From contig NC_134031.1 of NCBI RefSeq assembly GCF_964204645.1, positions 16,975,807-17,039,806 of the forward strand: a DNA stretch of 64,000 nucleotides, in the 5' to 3' direction. Position 1 is the stretch's first letter, and every line of letters begins with the position of its first letter. Shown in pieces: positions 12,593 through 27,000 of this stretch. The notes beneath the pieces were generated by a model that ran no database searches, was not told where the DNA came from, and was given only the letters and a program-made list of their open reading frames with translations. Source of the stretch: Tubulanus polymorphus (taxonomy: Eukaryota; Animalia; Nemertea). The position numbers were made by a program, and so were the translations under genes.

Positions 12593-15500
12593 ATACTGCA
12601 TTCAATATTTTCCAAATTATCCCCAGCACTGTAGGGTATAAATTGGTTAAAACTGAAAGAAAGGGTTTTAGAGCAAAGTTTCTATTCACTAACATTAACA
12701 ACAGACCTGGATTGGCGTTCCTGGTCAATGCAAATTGGTCCGTTCTTTTTAGAACAGACTTTTCGCTAGTACGAACCACTGGTCCGACGTATTTTGTAAC
12801 GGCCAAAATCTAGAACGTCCCGAATAACAACGTAGCGCGAAGACGACTTCAAAAACATAGCTATTCTGTCGTATCAGCATGCAGCTATAAACAAGCATTG
12901 TACACACAGTATGAATAATTGCGTCGTCGGCTGCCGGTTTTTCCCTCGCTCCCCGATAACGGATTCTCGCTGCGCCGAATTAATCCGTTTTATGGCGACT
13001 TCGTTTTCTACGAGACATCCGCTGATAAAATGAGCCGCCGCCAGTGGCAGCATCCCCCGCGGGAGTCGCTTATTAAAAGGGCTTTAAACATCAAATATAA
13101 ACATATGACGTAATATCATTTGAGTATGTATTTATATATATACATACACAAGTAAGGTAAGCAGCTTATCGCGGCACTGTACTGGATGCATATCAGAGTA
13201 TAAGCGCACCTCTTCATAAGGATTACCGCGTAGCCGCTTTAAGCGCTTGATGTCTTATTAAGGAGGGCTACTTGTCAACTGGGATACAAATTAGCCATCT
13301 CGCCGCTAAAGACGCATCCTCCCGGGCAGGGATTCGACCCTGATGGCATATTAGCGGCACTAGAGCGGGTACGCAGGTTTGCCATGAGATTGCCCGCTGA
13401 GGCAAATTTCCTGGATACACAATACTGGATAAAACCCAGGCTAAAATAAAACTGGATTTCAGATTGGCTAATGATGAGGTCATCAGAATGCGTGTACATG
13501 CGCTGCCGGTCTAGTGTGGCACGGTTTTGTATGGTGGCAATCTCGATGCTATCAGATTCGAATCTCTGCTGGGGGATGATAAAGACGTAACAATTCAAGA
13601 GGCTTCTATAATATACATGACAGGGAAAATCGACTTGTTTCAGCAGACGCCGAAAATCATTTGACGATCAATCGTATTGACGGACAGAGAAATATCACCA
13701 CCGCCCGCGGGCGCATTTAACCACCGGGCGTCGCGCGCCGCAGTATACCGCCGCGCCGAGTAATATGACCGGCGCGGAAAATGCTCAATCACATTAATCG
13801 CGCATCAAATTCATCCGCGCACACAACGTCTGATAGCTTCCGGGCATCGGCCGCCGTCGTTTAGCAGCAATCTCGACAGACGGACGGACGGACAGGCAGG
13901 CGATCGTTCGGCAAACATTGCCTCGTTACACAGAACCAATATAGAAACGTATAAAAAAAGCCTCAAACGCCTCAATTACCGACCGATGACTGTTATATCC
14001 GCGAGAAATTCATGATGACATCTCCCTCCCTTTAAACGTCTTTAAGATGGCAGGATTTCGCCACTCGACTACTTTTTGCGATGCTATGATTGACTGAGGA
14101 TCTGTCTCCGGCTGACCGGCGATGGCCTCCGTTAAGACGGGCATTTTTTCGCGAGTGGTCGTATGGAAGACATACGGAAAAAGAGCACGAAAATATTTAC
14201 TTCGGACCAGAAAATATCAGGCTATCTATTACTAGTTATTCCGTTTTATTTGGACCGGACCGAAACGATGCCTTGCATTGACACGCATTCTTAAATCGGC
14301 TGTAATCACTGGTCCAGCTAGACACAACCCTGTCAATCGCAATGATTGACAGACAAAACCAGAAAACTCAATTGAGAGATTATTGAAGCCTTGAAAAAAA
14401 ATCGCTTACTATCTATATATATATCGATGACATAATGTACATTAAGTACGTTTCTATTGAAACAAAAAAATGGTCCATTCTAATAAAATTCAGAATGGAC
14501 GAGGTTCTGTTTTTTTCTAGGATGGAATGGACTAATTAGGAACGCATTTCACTAGTGTGAACACTTAGTCCATCCTAAATTGCGATGAACTAAATAAAGA
14601 AAGTTTTTAAAAAACGTAATTTCAACGCGGCTTATTTGACGTATCGTCGATTTCAGCTCGAATCCTTGAAATTACGACGTTTTTTTTCCTACGAACGAGA
14701 ACGTGTTAGCAATTTTCGAGAGACTCGCGACAACTTTAATTAAAGCAGTCAAGAGTCGTCGTCGCGACTAGGAAAATCGTTCGTCGCCGCCTCTTTAAGT
14801 AGAATCATTTTCAGCGAGAATTTATTTGCGATAAACTCAACCATCAACGGATCATCATCATCACCATCAAGACAACCGACATCAAAGAGAAGTTTGAAAA
14901 CTGTGAGCAGAAACACGTATTTAAGACGTATTCAACAAAAGATTGCTTCTTTTCTGCCAACTATTTTCCTTTCCCTAACACATACATTGTTTCTCCCCCC
15001 CCCACCCCCCGCTTTATGATGGAATCTAAGGTGCAATCTATCAATCTCGACGAACTTCCCTGACTTTCCCGGATTTCCATCTTTTTAAAAGAAAATCCCC
15101 TGACTTCTAAAGAAAAGAAAATTTCCCTGACTTTACCCTGATTTCCAGGTAAGTGGCCTCCCTGTTTGAGGTGTTCTTGGTTCTAAGCCTTGTCTGATTA
15201 TATATTTTGTGTCATTCTATCACGGTTATTAAAAAGCTATCCATTTCAACTCACTAACTCGAGGACTTTTCAAATTTTTATCATTTTTCTTGTACAAATT
15301 CCGCCAAACCTATCTCAATATCTTATTTCAATTCAATAACTGCCCTCTGAAACCTCTACACCATCAGAACACCACAGGGCCGAGAAATCTCGCCACGCAA
15401 CGTGGCATTTTTAACCTATAGGGAAATTACTGGCGCCTCCTCGCGAGGCAGCAATTAAACGAGTAAGGTACGAATGGCAAAAAAATGCGCAATCGCATCA

Positions 15501-18500
15501 ACGGCCGTATCAAACGTGAGCAAACGAGCAAACGCGATCGATGACGAAGAGCTGGTTATTTGATGAGGTGATTGGTTAACAGCGAGTGGTCTAATCCCCA
15601 TAACATTTGTGTCAATACCGCGTAGACCAAGCCGATGGCTGCTGAGCCGGACAAATTGACACATCGACCACCGAAGGTTTGTTCACGAGGACACGTGCGC
15701 GCGGCGCTGCAGAATTCATAGCCGCGTTCACAGTATATAGCTGTACAGTCGCGTGGTAAGTCCGATGCCATTCAAAGACCCTGACCATGATTTAAGAATT
15801 TTAGAAGCCATTCCATGATATATCCGAGGCTTTGAACTCAACCATTCCCATTTCAAAACTTTTCATGACCTACAAGGATCATTTATAGACCTTGCTTTTA
15901 CATTTTACACTCTAAATTTAGTCCGTTCGAAATTAGAATGGACTTAAGTGTTCACACCCAGCGAAAAGTCCATTCTAAATTGATCCGTTACCAATGGAGT
16001 GAATGTAATCTTCACTTACTTTATTATAAGAAATTTTGATCTTATCTTGCATAATTGGTAGGACAAAAAATGTTTTTTGGATATGCCGTAAATGCATCTA
16101 ACACATCCATGAATTTTCAAATGTGAACCCTGATAATGCATTTCCAAATCAATAAGTCTTTTCAATGAGCAAAAATGCCCTTCGGGGTGCGTCACGAAAG
16201 TAGGCCTCCGATCGCCTACTGAAACATTTAACTTTACTGCTTCTTGGTTTCAAGAGGATTGCGCAACTGAAGAACGACGTCCGGATTCTACGACAACAGC
16301 AGTTAAACTGTACACGATCCCGTTAATAATTCGATTTCGTCTTTAATTACTCTCGGGTATTAAATCAGAAATTCAGAAGAAGACGATCAACACGTTCAGT
16401 TGGCTTCAATAACCGAGAGCATAAGAGGTTTATTGATTTAGAACACAGCCTGTATACACAGTTGTTCAATGGGGCTTCGCATTTATTGCAATAATTTCGA
16501 AATGCCGATTAACTGAATTCAATAAATTTGCACGAACTATTAAGCAGAGACATTCAACTTGTAAAATTAATTTCATTTCACCAGCAGTTCAAGACCAAGA
16601 ATGTTCAATCTCAGAATTCCCTGATTTCCATGAAAAAATTCCCAGATTCCCTGGTTTCCATGCAGGGAATTTGAATTTCTAAATTCCCTGATCTGCAGGA
16701 ACCCTACATAGGCCTACTGGAGATCAATGTCAAGGTACAAACTAGTTTGCAATTTGAAGCCTTCTATCAGATATGATAAAGAATTTACGAGCAAGACTAG
16801 TTCTAATCATGATACCCTCTCAAGATACTATACATAACCATGGACATATAAACTCGTTACCACATCCATGACATATACTTAGGAGGAATTAAAAATTGTA
16901 TCCCTGGCCTCGATATAGAAACGGGGGAATTAAATCAAGACCCTCAACGCACCAAGATATAATCAATTTATCAATCCCGTTAAGCCGCGATATAAGATTC
17001 GCTTTTAAAAAGCGTGTTACATTCGGATAGTCGAATTCTAATCAGATCGGTATATTGACGCCGGATTTAGTATTACTCGTCTTAATGACCTGGGACGCTG
17101 GAGTTCGCGAAGCATCGTTTTATCAAAAAACCCTCCGGTTCTAATAAGTAATCCGGATGCGGGAACAGAGAGCCCTGCAAATGTAACCTGCTGTTGACCA
17201 CTGGACAATAAAGCAAACAGTTTGAGTAGTTGTGGTCGTGTTTATAGCCTGTGTAGTTGTAAGTACAGATTGCGATGACAGAAACCGATACGCCATTGTA
17301 TTTTTATCATCCGAGAGCGGATTGGTTCAGGTGCAGGCAACCTTGTTATCACGTCGTTTAAACGTGCTGCAGCTCGTAAACGAGAGTAACGGGTCACGCA
17401 CGCGATGAAAACTTTTATATACGCTCCGAATTCTGATCAACTTCAAATGATTAAAAGTCGTTGGTAACATCATTGGTAACATCATCACGGAGGTGGAACA
17501 GTGCTAGAGGTGCGCAGTATAGTTTTTCACGACTTAAAGGCGGTTTTAAATTAACGTAGAATCTTCCAAAAATGCCAATAGATCTAGGCGTAAGTCTAAT
17601 TAGATTGGTCTTAAGGCCTTCAACTACTCACTAGGCCTTCAACTACTAACTAGGCCTAATCTTGAAAAAAAACCAAAATATTTTCATACCGATTACAATT
17701 TCACAAAATTAAAAGAGTTTTGGACATTTTGCTCAAATTAGAGGAGTTTCGAGCACCATTCAAAACATTTTTCATTTTGTAGGAGTTTTCAAGGAACCGA
17801 GGATTCGTACGAATCGGATTCATTCATTCGCATGATTATAAGTAACAACAGTTAATGGATAATACATATAATAATTCAGCCGCGATCTATCAATTGAGTT
17901 GCAATTGAGTCTGCAAATTGGCTTCGGTAAATTGGCTCTAATAATCAAAATCAAGGGGAAAGCAAAACTTGGCTTAAACTCTACTCATCCCCCATTTGCT
18001 TGAATCGCATACATGCAGACATCCACAAAATTATAGCAATTTGGTGCATTATCCTAGTTGAATGGTATGAAAGATATTTCAATTATATATTTATCCATGA
18101 TCGTACAGTCGGATGGAACCGACCGACCTACGCGGGCGGAGTCTCTATCTCTGTATGAAATGAAGAGAATGTCAATGGATGAAACTGTGATGTTTTCATC
18201 ATTTATGTAATATACCGACCACCGAGCATGTGTCTAGACAACGCGGTCTTCAATGCAACGATCTAGAAGCTGGTATCTAGACGCTGGTATGCCGCGCGAT
18301 TCGGTCAAAAGCGTATCAGACCGTCGCGAGCGAGAACGCTCCCCTCGGGGGATGGAGCTCCGGCAAAGAAATCAATTCCGATTCCACTAATTCGCGATTC
18401 AAGGCTGTCAAAGTCAAGTGGCGTGTTGCAAATGAATCCTTAAAGATCATTAGACTGTCAATTCTGTCTCGACGATAACAGTTCGCATGTCGAAGTCTGA

Positions 18501-19164
18501 AGCGAGGCCAGATGAGGTTCATGATTTAGCGCTTAAAGTAGGATCATCGTCTGAAGAGCGTACCGCGTAAAAAATGTATCTAAAATGCCCGAGGGGACTG
18601 TAGAGCGCGCTATCTCATCTAGGACCTGTATTCCGAGAATACAGTTCACGAACTTACTATTCATTTAATGCAACAGACAGTGGAATATGACTGCAATTAA
18701 ATATGACCTGAACGGCTTAATTAATCTATCGCAAAGTGTCATAAAGGTCTACACACGATTAGTACTGGTAGCATATATATATGCCGAGTGTAATATGGGA
18801 CACAATTTGAATATATATCCATCAAAATTCTGATGAATGAATATCAGTAATAGCCTATGAATTCTGAATCGAAACCTACATTCGGACTTGAAGTACGAGT
18901 TTTAATCGAATTCAACCTAACCATTGCCCTACTATCAAACCAAGCTGATCTTCAACTCGGGAACTATTATAACTCCTTAGACTGGGTTACCAGTAAGAGA
19001 CCTGAAACCAAGTTCCACATTTACTCTAAGAGTTTTTAAACTAGTTCGCTTCCTATGTTTAGACTCATTTTCGGGCAGGTTTTCTGAAACCTTTCGAAAT
19101 AACCTTCATAAGGCTAAAATATTGATACTTTGGTCGATTAGGAGAAACAAGGTATCATTTTTTA

Positions 19165-19499
19165 CAGGGTTCCTACAGATGAGTCATTCCACAATCTAAG
19201 GACTTTTTAAGGAGAAAATTTCGAGCTGTGTTTGCATCACTTTCATATCCAAATTACTGTTGAATCCTCCTAAATCGGTACTGTTTATCTTAGTAAACCA
19301 TTTCATTCGGTGGAATCTGTGTGTAAAATAGGCCTAAAACCTAAAAATTTTCTAATTGCCAATTTCTCAAAAATTCAAGGAGTTTTCAAGGACTTTTGGG
19401 CATTTTGCTCAAATTCAAGTATATTCAAGGAACTTGAGAAATATTTTAGGATTAGAAGGAGTTTTCAAGGATTAGAATCAAGGAGTCATAGGGGCCCTG
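19165..19499. mobile_element. MITE with CAGGG termini and TTTTCAAGGA subrepeats
   Basis: CAGGGTTCCTAC...ATAGGGGCCCTG. A related fragment lies at about 17610-17815, and TTCCCTGA-rich relatives at about 15055-15164 and 16615-16705. Confidence 0.6.
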
Positions 19500-20740
19500 T
19501 TTTAGGCCTAAACAATGTAAAGCAGAGATTATCAAGACGTGTTTCCAGCTGAAGTGTTTTCAAACGTTTCCACCTTCGACATCAGATCGTGATCGACGGA
19601 GCTAGTAAACCGCTGGCGACCGTGACGATCAATACGCATCATACAAACATTCATCATCAAAGTTATCGAATATCATGAAAATTGATACAATCCATACATG
19701 CGCGTCGAAATCACCGCACGTCAATTGACTTTGATGATTTAGAGTTTAAATATGTCCCGACACAGTCAGCGATTCTTGCCGATTCCATCTTAATAAGACG
19801 TATCAATAGAACTAACCCGCCTCCGGAGAAGACCTATCGATATCTTGTAGCTGAGAATTCTACGAATTGAATTACTACCTATAACGCCTACACTCAATTT
19901 GCCGGCTATTAAAAAAGAAAGAACTTAAAATCGGCTTTTTTTTTCTGAATGAAACCGACGTCAATGTTGCAAACTTCCAGCTATCTGCAATAAGACCGAT
20001 TTTACTGTAACGAGTCCGAACGGCGGTTCTTCGGCTATTTTCAACTTTTCGACCCTAATAATCATCTTCAACGATACTATGAGAATGTCAATGCGTTAAA
20101 AACAAACTTGCGTTAAAAAAATTGTAGACTTTATCTAAAATCCAAGGAACAGCATAAAAACCTTCTTGGATATTTTCGAACAGTGATATAAACCTAGGAA
20201 TGTATCTACTCACTGATCTTTATGTAAAATATCAGTTTAATTTCTTTCTTAATTATATCATTATTTTCTATTATCATAAGATAGGGATGGACCTTGTTAT
20301 CTATCTAATTGGTAGATTTCGATATTTTAGATATTTTTGACTGGTGTCCCTCACAAACCCACCACACCTGCCCGGAGCGAAACAGGGGGTTTGATTTTGA
20401 ACAGGTATGACTTTTTTGTTGTTGTTTGTATATGTCACTTTTTTATTTTCTTTTTTCGCTTTTACTTTTCTCTCTGTATTTAATTCGTTGTTCAACTCAT
20501 TCGTTGCACGGAATTTCATACACTGTTCTTCAGCCTAATTCATTATACGATTATTTACTGAATTCACATTTTCGAATTTAAACTCCCGATACCAGACTCG
20601 AGAATAGTCACGGGAACCCCTAGTCCTATCTATTTAATAGGTAAGACGTTTCATTTCACCTAGATTCAATAGACGCTCTCACGGCGACATTTCCACTCGA
20701 TCGGAAGTCTGTTTTTAGCCCGTAATTAAAGAGAACCTAC

Positions 20741-20848
20741 CTTCGCTTGAAAGTTAATTCCATGTTGAAAGGCTTCTTCGCTGTGTAACGGTATTCGGCT
20801 ATCGTAGCCGTCGTCCTGAACTAAATCATATTGATTTTTCGAAGGCAT
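20741..20848 (-). CDS. NOS1AP: NOS1AP/CAPON (PTB-domain nNOS adaptor), first coding exon; gene continues leftward beyond the window
   Basis: The minus strand reads [36 protein letters not shown], closely resembling the vertebrate NOS1AP N-terminus as I recall it ([35 protein letters not shown]). There is a polypyrimidine/CAG acceptor before 20867 and a phase-0 donor AAG|gtaggt at 20741/20740. The expected next exon (Y[IV]GSLDVPRP...MRRIR) was not found by eye in 1-20740, so that region is read as intron. Confidence 0.92.
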
Positions 20849-21052
20849 TCTGCCGTGTTTCTGTTCACTGTGAAAGAAAAGACAAAGAAAACTCGCAACG
20901 TCGGCTAATTAATTAGAAACATTCTCAAACAGCAATCATCTTAATAACAGCTCCAATAGACCGAGAGAGTGATTTTTTTCAAGGCATTAATAAACTAAGT
21001 GATTTCATAAGATTTTTTCTTTAGGCAGGTGATATTTGCGGATGCGGCATAA

Positions 21053-21207
21053 CAGGGTCGTGTTTAGCGGGGCAGGGAGCAGTTGTGCCCTAGGTATTTT
21101 GGTAAAGTGCCCTATTAGTAGCCTAAATATAATTGTTAAATCCTATAGAATTGCCCTTTTTCGAGTTTCTCTCCTCCCCCCAAATTCAAATGCTACATAC
21201 GGCCCTG
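21053..21207. mobile_element. MITE with CAGGG(C/T)CGT termini
   Basis: CAGGGTCGTGTTTAGC...GCTACATACGGCCCTG with internal TGCCCT repeats. No clear TSD. Confidence 0.55.
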
Positions 21208-22109
21208 CATTATTCCTGCTAACGCTACTTTGCCGACAATCTATATTCTAAGGTGCCCGAATTCAAAGTCAAGGAAAGGGGATAAGAGAAAATAGTTCGG
21301 AGAGAGCAGTATTCGAACCCGGGCTAGCATGTTGCTAGTGCAGCGTCTAACCCTATCGAACCCTGACCCTAAACCAAAATAAAATAATTTTATCATTATT
21401 TCTATTAGTAGGCCTATATCTCATAAATAGCGTTTACACTAGTGAATAATGCTTCATTGACAAAATATCCACTTCCTATAGGCCTAGTTTAATGAAAAAT
21501 CTTAGGCCTACATCAAAAATGATTATTCAATGTATTGTCAGCTAAAAAATAATCATGTCACACTCAATTGTGAACTAGGCTATATCTACTAGCCTATAGA
21601 AATGAATAGCTTATCGGCTAAACGGTTTACTCTATTTTTACAATAGGTTATGGCCTAATAATGCTATGTCATTGAACATGCGTACGTTGAGGACTTCAAA
21701 AAGGTAGTGTCTACGTAAGTTTAATGCTTGTCAGTCTGAACAGGTGAACAAATTAATATAGGCTAATAGGTTAAACAAAAAAATCAATATATTTAAGGTT
21801 GAATTAATATTGAATCTCCTCTAGTTATATACATTAATTCAAATTGATAGTGCTAACTAAAATGTTTAAGCTATATTATGCCTACCCTAGCTCTCTAAGT
21901 TGATTATCAGAATTATTAACATTGATGAAAATTCAAATATGAATTTCTGCTAGAAAAATTGTCTCTCACTGTGTAAATAGAAATAAAGGAAATAAAACAA
22001 TTTGCAACAAAATTCGATAAATCAAAGAATTTGAATCCAACAAATTTCAATTAAATTTCTGCTCGCGAAATTACTGGCGAGTGTAGACTTGTGGCGTTTC
22101 TAGACTTAC

Positions 22110-22400
22110 CATACTTCAAAGAAGCGATTGTTAATTAAATGCGCCTCATCGACGCTGAGAATATCCAATATCCCATCGAAATCACGAAACTTATTCCATA
22201 TGAACGTCCGCTCGCAGTCGAATATCGAGAGTTTATGACAGCGAAAGTAGTAAACAATCTACACCATGTTTAGCCGCTGAACGCTACGGAGGCCGAGAAG
22301 GCTTCGGTCGTTAGTTTTTAGTTCACCATTCACGCAAACAACGGCGTCACTTGCTGGTTTCTCGGAAGTTGTTCTCATTCGCGCGGGCCGGTTTTCCGGT
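22110..22400 (-). other. Putative non-coding 5' exon of NOS1AP
   Basis: Consensus donor ATG|gtaagt on the minus strand at 22110/22109, upstream of the acceptor at 20867. The 5' end is approximate, placed near the ETS-like CGGAAG/TTCCGG motifs at about 22363-22398. Confidence 0.55.
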
Positions 22401-22905
22401 CTTTCAAATTCACTCCTTTTTGTCGGAGCCGATTGAAAGAATACATTTTAACCTAGATTTTAGATTTCAATATGCATATTGTCGTCTCTATAAAATTTCT
22501 AGACCTTCTTTGAATGTAGTCGGCAGGAAGTTTTATACGTGGAACTTCCCGAGCCTTCGTCGGTGTCATACTGCTATCCTCATTAATCTAAAAAAGCATC
22601 ACATATAATTTGTGTGCCTGTATATCAGTAGTTTCGCACAACACAAAAAGCCAGATCCCGCCACCTGATCATTGTAAATGTACTGACAGTCAGGGGCGGA
22701 TTAAAAAGGCAGCCAGGTCATACGCTACTAAGTTCGCCCTAGAAATTTCGCCCTTGGACATTTCCCTGTAAACTGTAAATTTCCCTACCGTGATTTATTC
22801 ATGTCAAAATACATATACATATATTCTATACCGAATGCATAACGCATATGCAGAGTCTACACGCAACGTGCTTCACCAAGTGGACTATTATTTTCTTTCA
22901 TTCAG
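22350..22905. promoter_or_regulatory. Probable bidirectional promoter between NOS1AP (-) and the decarboxylase (+)
   Basis: Lies between divergent putative 5' exons. Contains ETS-like CGGAAG/TTCCGG motifs and a GC box GGGGCGGA (about 22693) followed by TTAAAAA. Transcription starts are inferred, not observed. Confidence 0.45.
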
Positions 22906-24002
22906 ACACACGAGAGTCGTACCGGTAACAACCATCGATCGGCTCACTCGGCGCTGTAACTAAACAACGCCATTTAACCACCAACCTCCATAAGCTGCAA
23001 GGTTGAGGTAAGTTAACTTCAACACATCCATGGTTTGTTGAGTCCAATTTTCTCGCAATTTGGCAATATCGCATTATCGTTCACTTTCGATTCTTAATCA
23101 TAAAAATAACTATTTTGCCAAAAGCCCAAGTTTAAAATCGGGTGTTTTAGGATATATAGATACGTTCTATATTAGCTATAAGGCATGCGATGTATCATAA
23201 TGTAGATTAGATTAGATTAGATTTTTCAATCCCACTGGCTCCCTGTCTATGTAGAAATCCACATATGAACCAGTACTGTCGTAGTCACCTTCAAGAATGC
23301 AATGGGACCTTCTTGACCAACAATAAGGGGTACATGACCCAGATAGCCTCTACGTAGCTGCATAAGTTTCATAATTACGAATTGTCAGAAGGAAATCTGA
23401 AATGTCGGACTTCAGTCGATTTAACTAAATGGAGTGCCTATCTACCGGTACGTATACAATCATAATTCGTTATCACAAGCGATATAGAAAAAACGTTGAA
23501 ACGAAGTTGCTCCTTACACCTTTGACCTCATTTAGAATTTGAAATCGATTGATTGTTTAAACAATGGATCTACACTAGACAGGGTCTGCAATTCAAAACT
23601 GCGTTTGCATAATTTTGGAATCGAAATTGTAAGTAATTTGATATCTTAATTGTATGTATAACTCAATTCAAAACAACCCTAAGCATTAAACAGAAACTAG
23701 ATTACCGGTATTTTAAGATTGGGATTTTTAAATCATCGTTAATATATCTTCACCTGTTTGGTAAGAACCAGGAAGACCTCGGTGTTCGAGCTACAAACGA
23801 TTTAGCATATATACCCTAGGTATATATTTCATTTGGACCGATCAATGCTTACATAGGATTCTGTATTCTTTTCTTCTGTTCGTAACCAATTCGTGACGGT
23901 TAAAACTGCTGAACTCTAGAATATACATTGAGTGTTTTGCAGCGAAAAAAAATCCGTAGCGGGGATATCTATTTTTGTATTTTTACAGGTGTACTAGCAG
24001 CG

Positions 24003-27000
24003 ATGTCGTCGGATAGCACTGAACCTCGCCGAATTGGTGAACCGCATGACATCATCAACGGTTTGGACGAAAACTGCGCATACGGGACGAAAACACAAAA
24101 CGTCAATACTCAATCCGGAGTGATCGACCCTGTCCATTTTCTAGGTCGCATTCTTGAAATGGTGAAAACTATCGTGATCGGATATGAAGACCCGAAAAGC
24201 AGGTATATTGTGGTCTAGAAAAGCTATTTTGATCAATATGTACAGGTGATTTGGAATGAGGTTCGACAAGAATTTGATTGATCTGGATCCATTATCATTT
24301 TTGATGCGATTCGTATTTTACTTGCAGTAAAGTGACAGAGTACTTGGATCCCGAGGAAGTTCGGAAGATCATAGATTTTAAAGTAACCGACGCGGGTTGC
24401 GACGAGGAACAACTGTACTCGATCGTCAGTAAGATCGTCAAACACAGCGTCAAAACAGGTCCCAACCGAATTCCATTCTCTGTGGTATATACGCCGAGAG
24501 AAAACATTGTATCGGGATTTTTTAACGTGCCATTTTCTGTATCGTATTCCAGGACATCGGTTATTTTTCAACCAATTATTTCAAGGTCTAGACATAAATG
24601 GGTTGTCCGGCGCGCTCTTAACAGAAGCAATGAACACGTCCATGTAAGAATGACAGTTATTTCATCAATTCACATGTCCCATTCCACGTGTAGAAAGATC
24701 GGAACCATTTTTTGAACTAATTTTTTGTTTTGTCACAAGATTTTATCAGTAGGCTGTGACTGATGGGTTTCGTTTTCGTTAAAATGCGGAGTATTTTGAC
24801 GGAAGCGGTGGTGAAATACGCTCGATAGGTTTCCTGTGTAATTAGTACCCCTACGTGTATACCTGTAGGCTTATAGGTCGGGTAAAATTCATTTTTCAAA
24901 GGCAGACCTTCTAGGTTTCCTTTGGAATCAATGCCATAAGCCACGTACGACCCACGACGAGGAAGATTCATTTTCCAAAAGCGTACCTCGGGTTTTGGAC
25001 AGCTTGCCGTAGCTTCCTCCATGTTTAGGGCCTAATCAAAGGATAGCCAATTCAGAAGCCATATACATAAAAACTTACTAATTTCCAAGAATATGCTGCA
25101 GAATACCTGATCTTTGCAGGGCCACATACGAACTATCACCGGTGTTTACTTTAATGGAAAACTACGTCCTCGACGAAATCATCAAACTAATCGGTTACGA
25201 CAGCGGTGAAGGTACATTTTGTCCAGGTAAGTCAATCTTAAAAAACTATAGTGTATCACCTCATGTTAGGCAGAAATTAGAGATCGGCGTTTAGATACGC
25301 AGGTCCTTTTGGTATATTTTGTTTTTCTTTCTCATTAATCAGGTGGATCATTAGGTAACATGTACGGCTTAAACCTCGCGCGATATAGAAGATATCCAGA
25401 AATCAAACGACACGGATCAAATGGCTTACCACATCTTTGCATTTTTACCTCGGTTTCGGTAAGTATTCAAAACTCTCATTTGCACAGTCGTAGCTTAAGT
25501 TAGATTTAAGCTCAGTCCAAGACCATCTCGGTCTTATAGCCAATCTAACAACTTAAAACCAGTCTTAATTAGCGTAGAAGATTGTAGACGACATTGGGTT
25601 CTGGTGCATATAGTTTCTATTCATCTTAAGAATTGAATCAATATTTTCTAATGCGTGACTGAATCATTTCCAACTTGTTTCTATATAGTCTCACTATTCA
25701 ATCGGAAAAGGGGCGTCATTTCTTGGTATCGGATCAGACCACGTGATTAAGATTCCAATCGACGAAAATGGCAGAATGATCGTCTCGGAGCTCGAGATAG
25801 CGATTGAAAAAGTCATCAAATCGGTAAAACAATTCAACGATTATTTTCATCGTATAGCTTTACGTGTTACAAAATCTAGACATTTAGCTTTCAAAAAATT
25901 TTTACGATGTTCTTACATGAATTTCACAGAAAATGTTGTATATGTTCACAGTTTTCCCATCACTATTTTAGGGTAAGGTTCCCCTGGCAATAGTGGCTAC
26001 TGCTGGTACGACGGTTTACGGTGCGATAGACCCCCTTGACGAAATAGGTGACATCGCAAACCGATATGAAATATGGATGCACGTTGACGGAGCCGTGGCT
26101 AACAGTCTATTGTTCTCTGGGAGATATCGACACCTTATAGCTGGAATTCAAAAGTTAGTTCCCAATCGTATGTAAATCCAAATCGGTCATTCCAGGCCTA
26201 AAGTACTTAAATATTTACAGAGAAACTTCATAATTTGAAAAAGTGCATCCGGTGTTTCATAATGACCACAATTTGTTGATAGATAACGCACAAGCTTCGT
26301 TCTGACCATTGGTTATTAGGTCGAAGAAGTTAATTTTTATTTCACGGAGAATCACCTTTAATACTTATCAAATTTTTCTACTTACCAAAAAGGTCATATA
26401 TGGAACATTGGGCTTTTAAGGTTCTATTCAAGTCAACTGTTCTTGAATTTATGACCGGCTTATTAGGGTCCATAACTGTCCCCAGGCTCTCCAGGGTTAA
26501 CGTCGTCTTCGATCTGTCGTTTTCTTGCTGGATAATTCTTTTAATAAATATAACCATGGTCAGTCGTTCGTTTCAGGGCCGATTCGATTATATGGAATCC
26601 ACATAAACTACTAGGGATCCCACTACAGTGTTCAGCATTCCTCACCAAGCACAAGGTTATATATATATATATATATACGAATTCCTCTTCGGCGTTTCAC
26701 ACAAACACGGCCTTGTAATAAGATAAAAACCCACTATTTACAAATTAAAAGAAATCTAAAATCGAGAATTTATTAATTGAAACAATCTAAAATATAAGAA
26801 CACGACGTTTCGATCTCACACTAGAGATCTGTATATATACCCCTGTTTTTAGTCACTATCTCACACCTGATGATCTCTAGTGTGAGATCGAAACGTCGTG
26901 TTCTTATATTTTAGATTGTTTCAATTAATAAATTCTCGATTTTAGATTTCTTTTAATTTGTAAATAGTGGATTTTTATCTCATCATCTGTTCACCACGTT

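Noticed and set aside
533-20519. The many 60-140 aa ORFs in the first 20 kb
   Set aside because: No recognisable domains, many non-ATG starts, and several (such as 9302-9724) lie in MITEs. They are consistent with chance ORFs in an intron.
21300-21360. tRNA-like sequence on the minus strand (B-box-like GGTTCGAATAC)
   Set aside because: No complete cloverleaf or acceptor stem. At most a decayed tRNA-derived SINE head.
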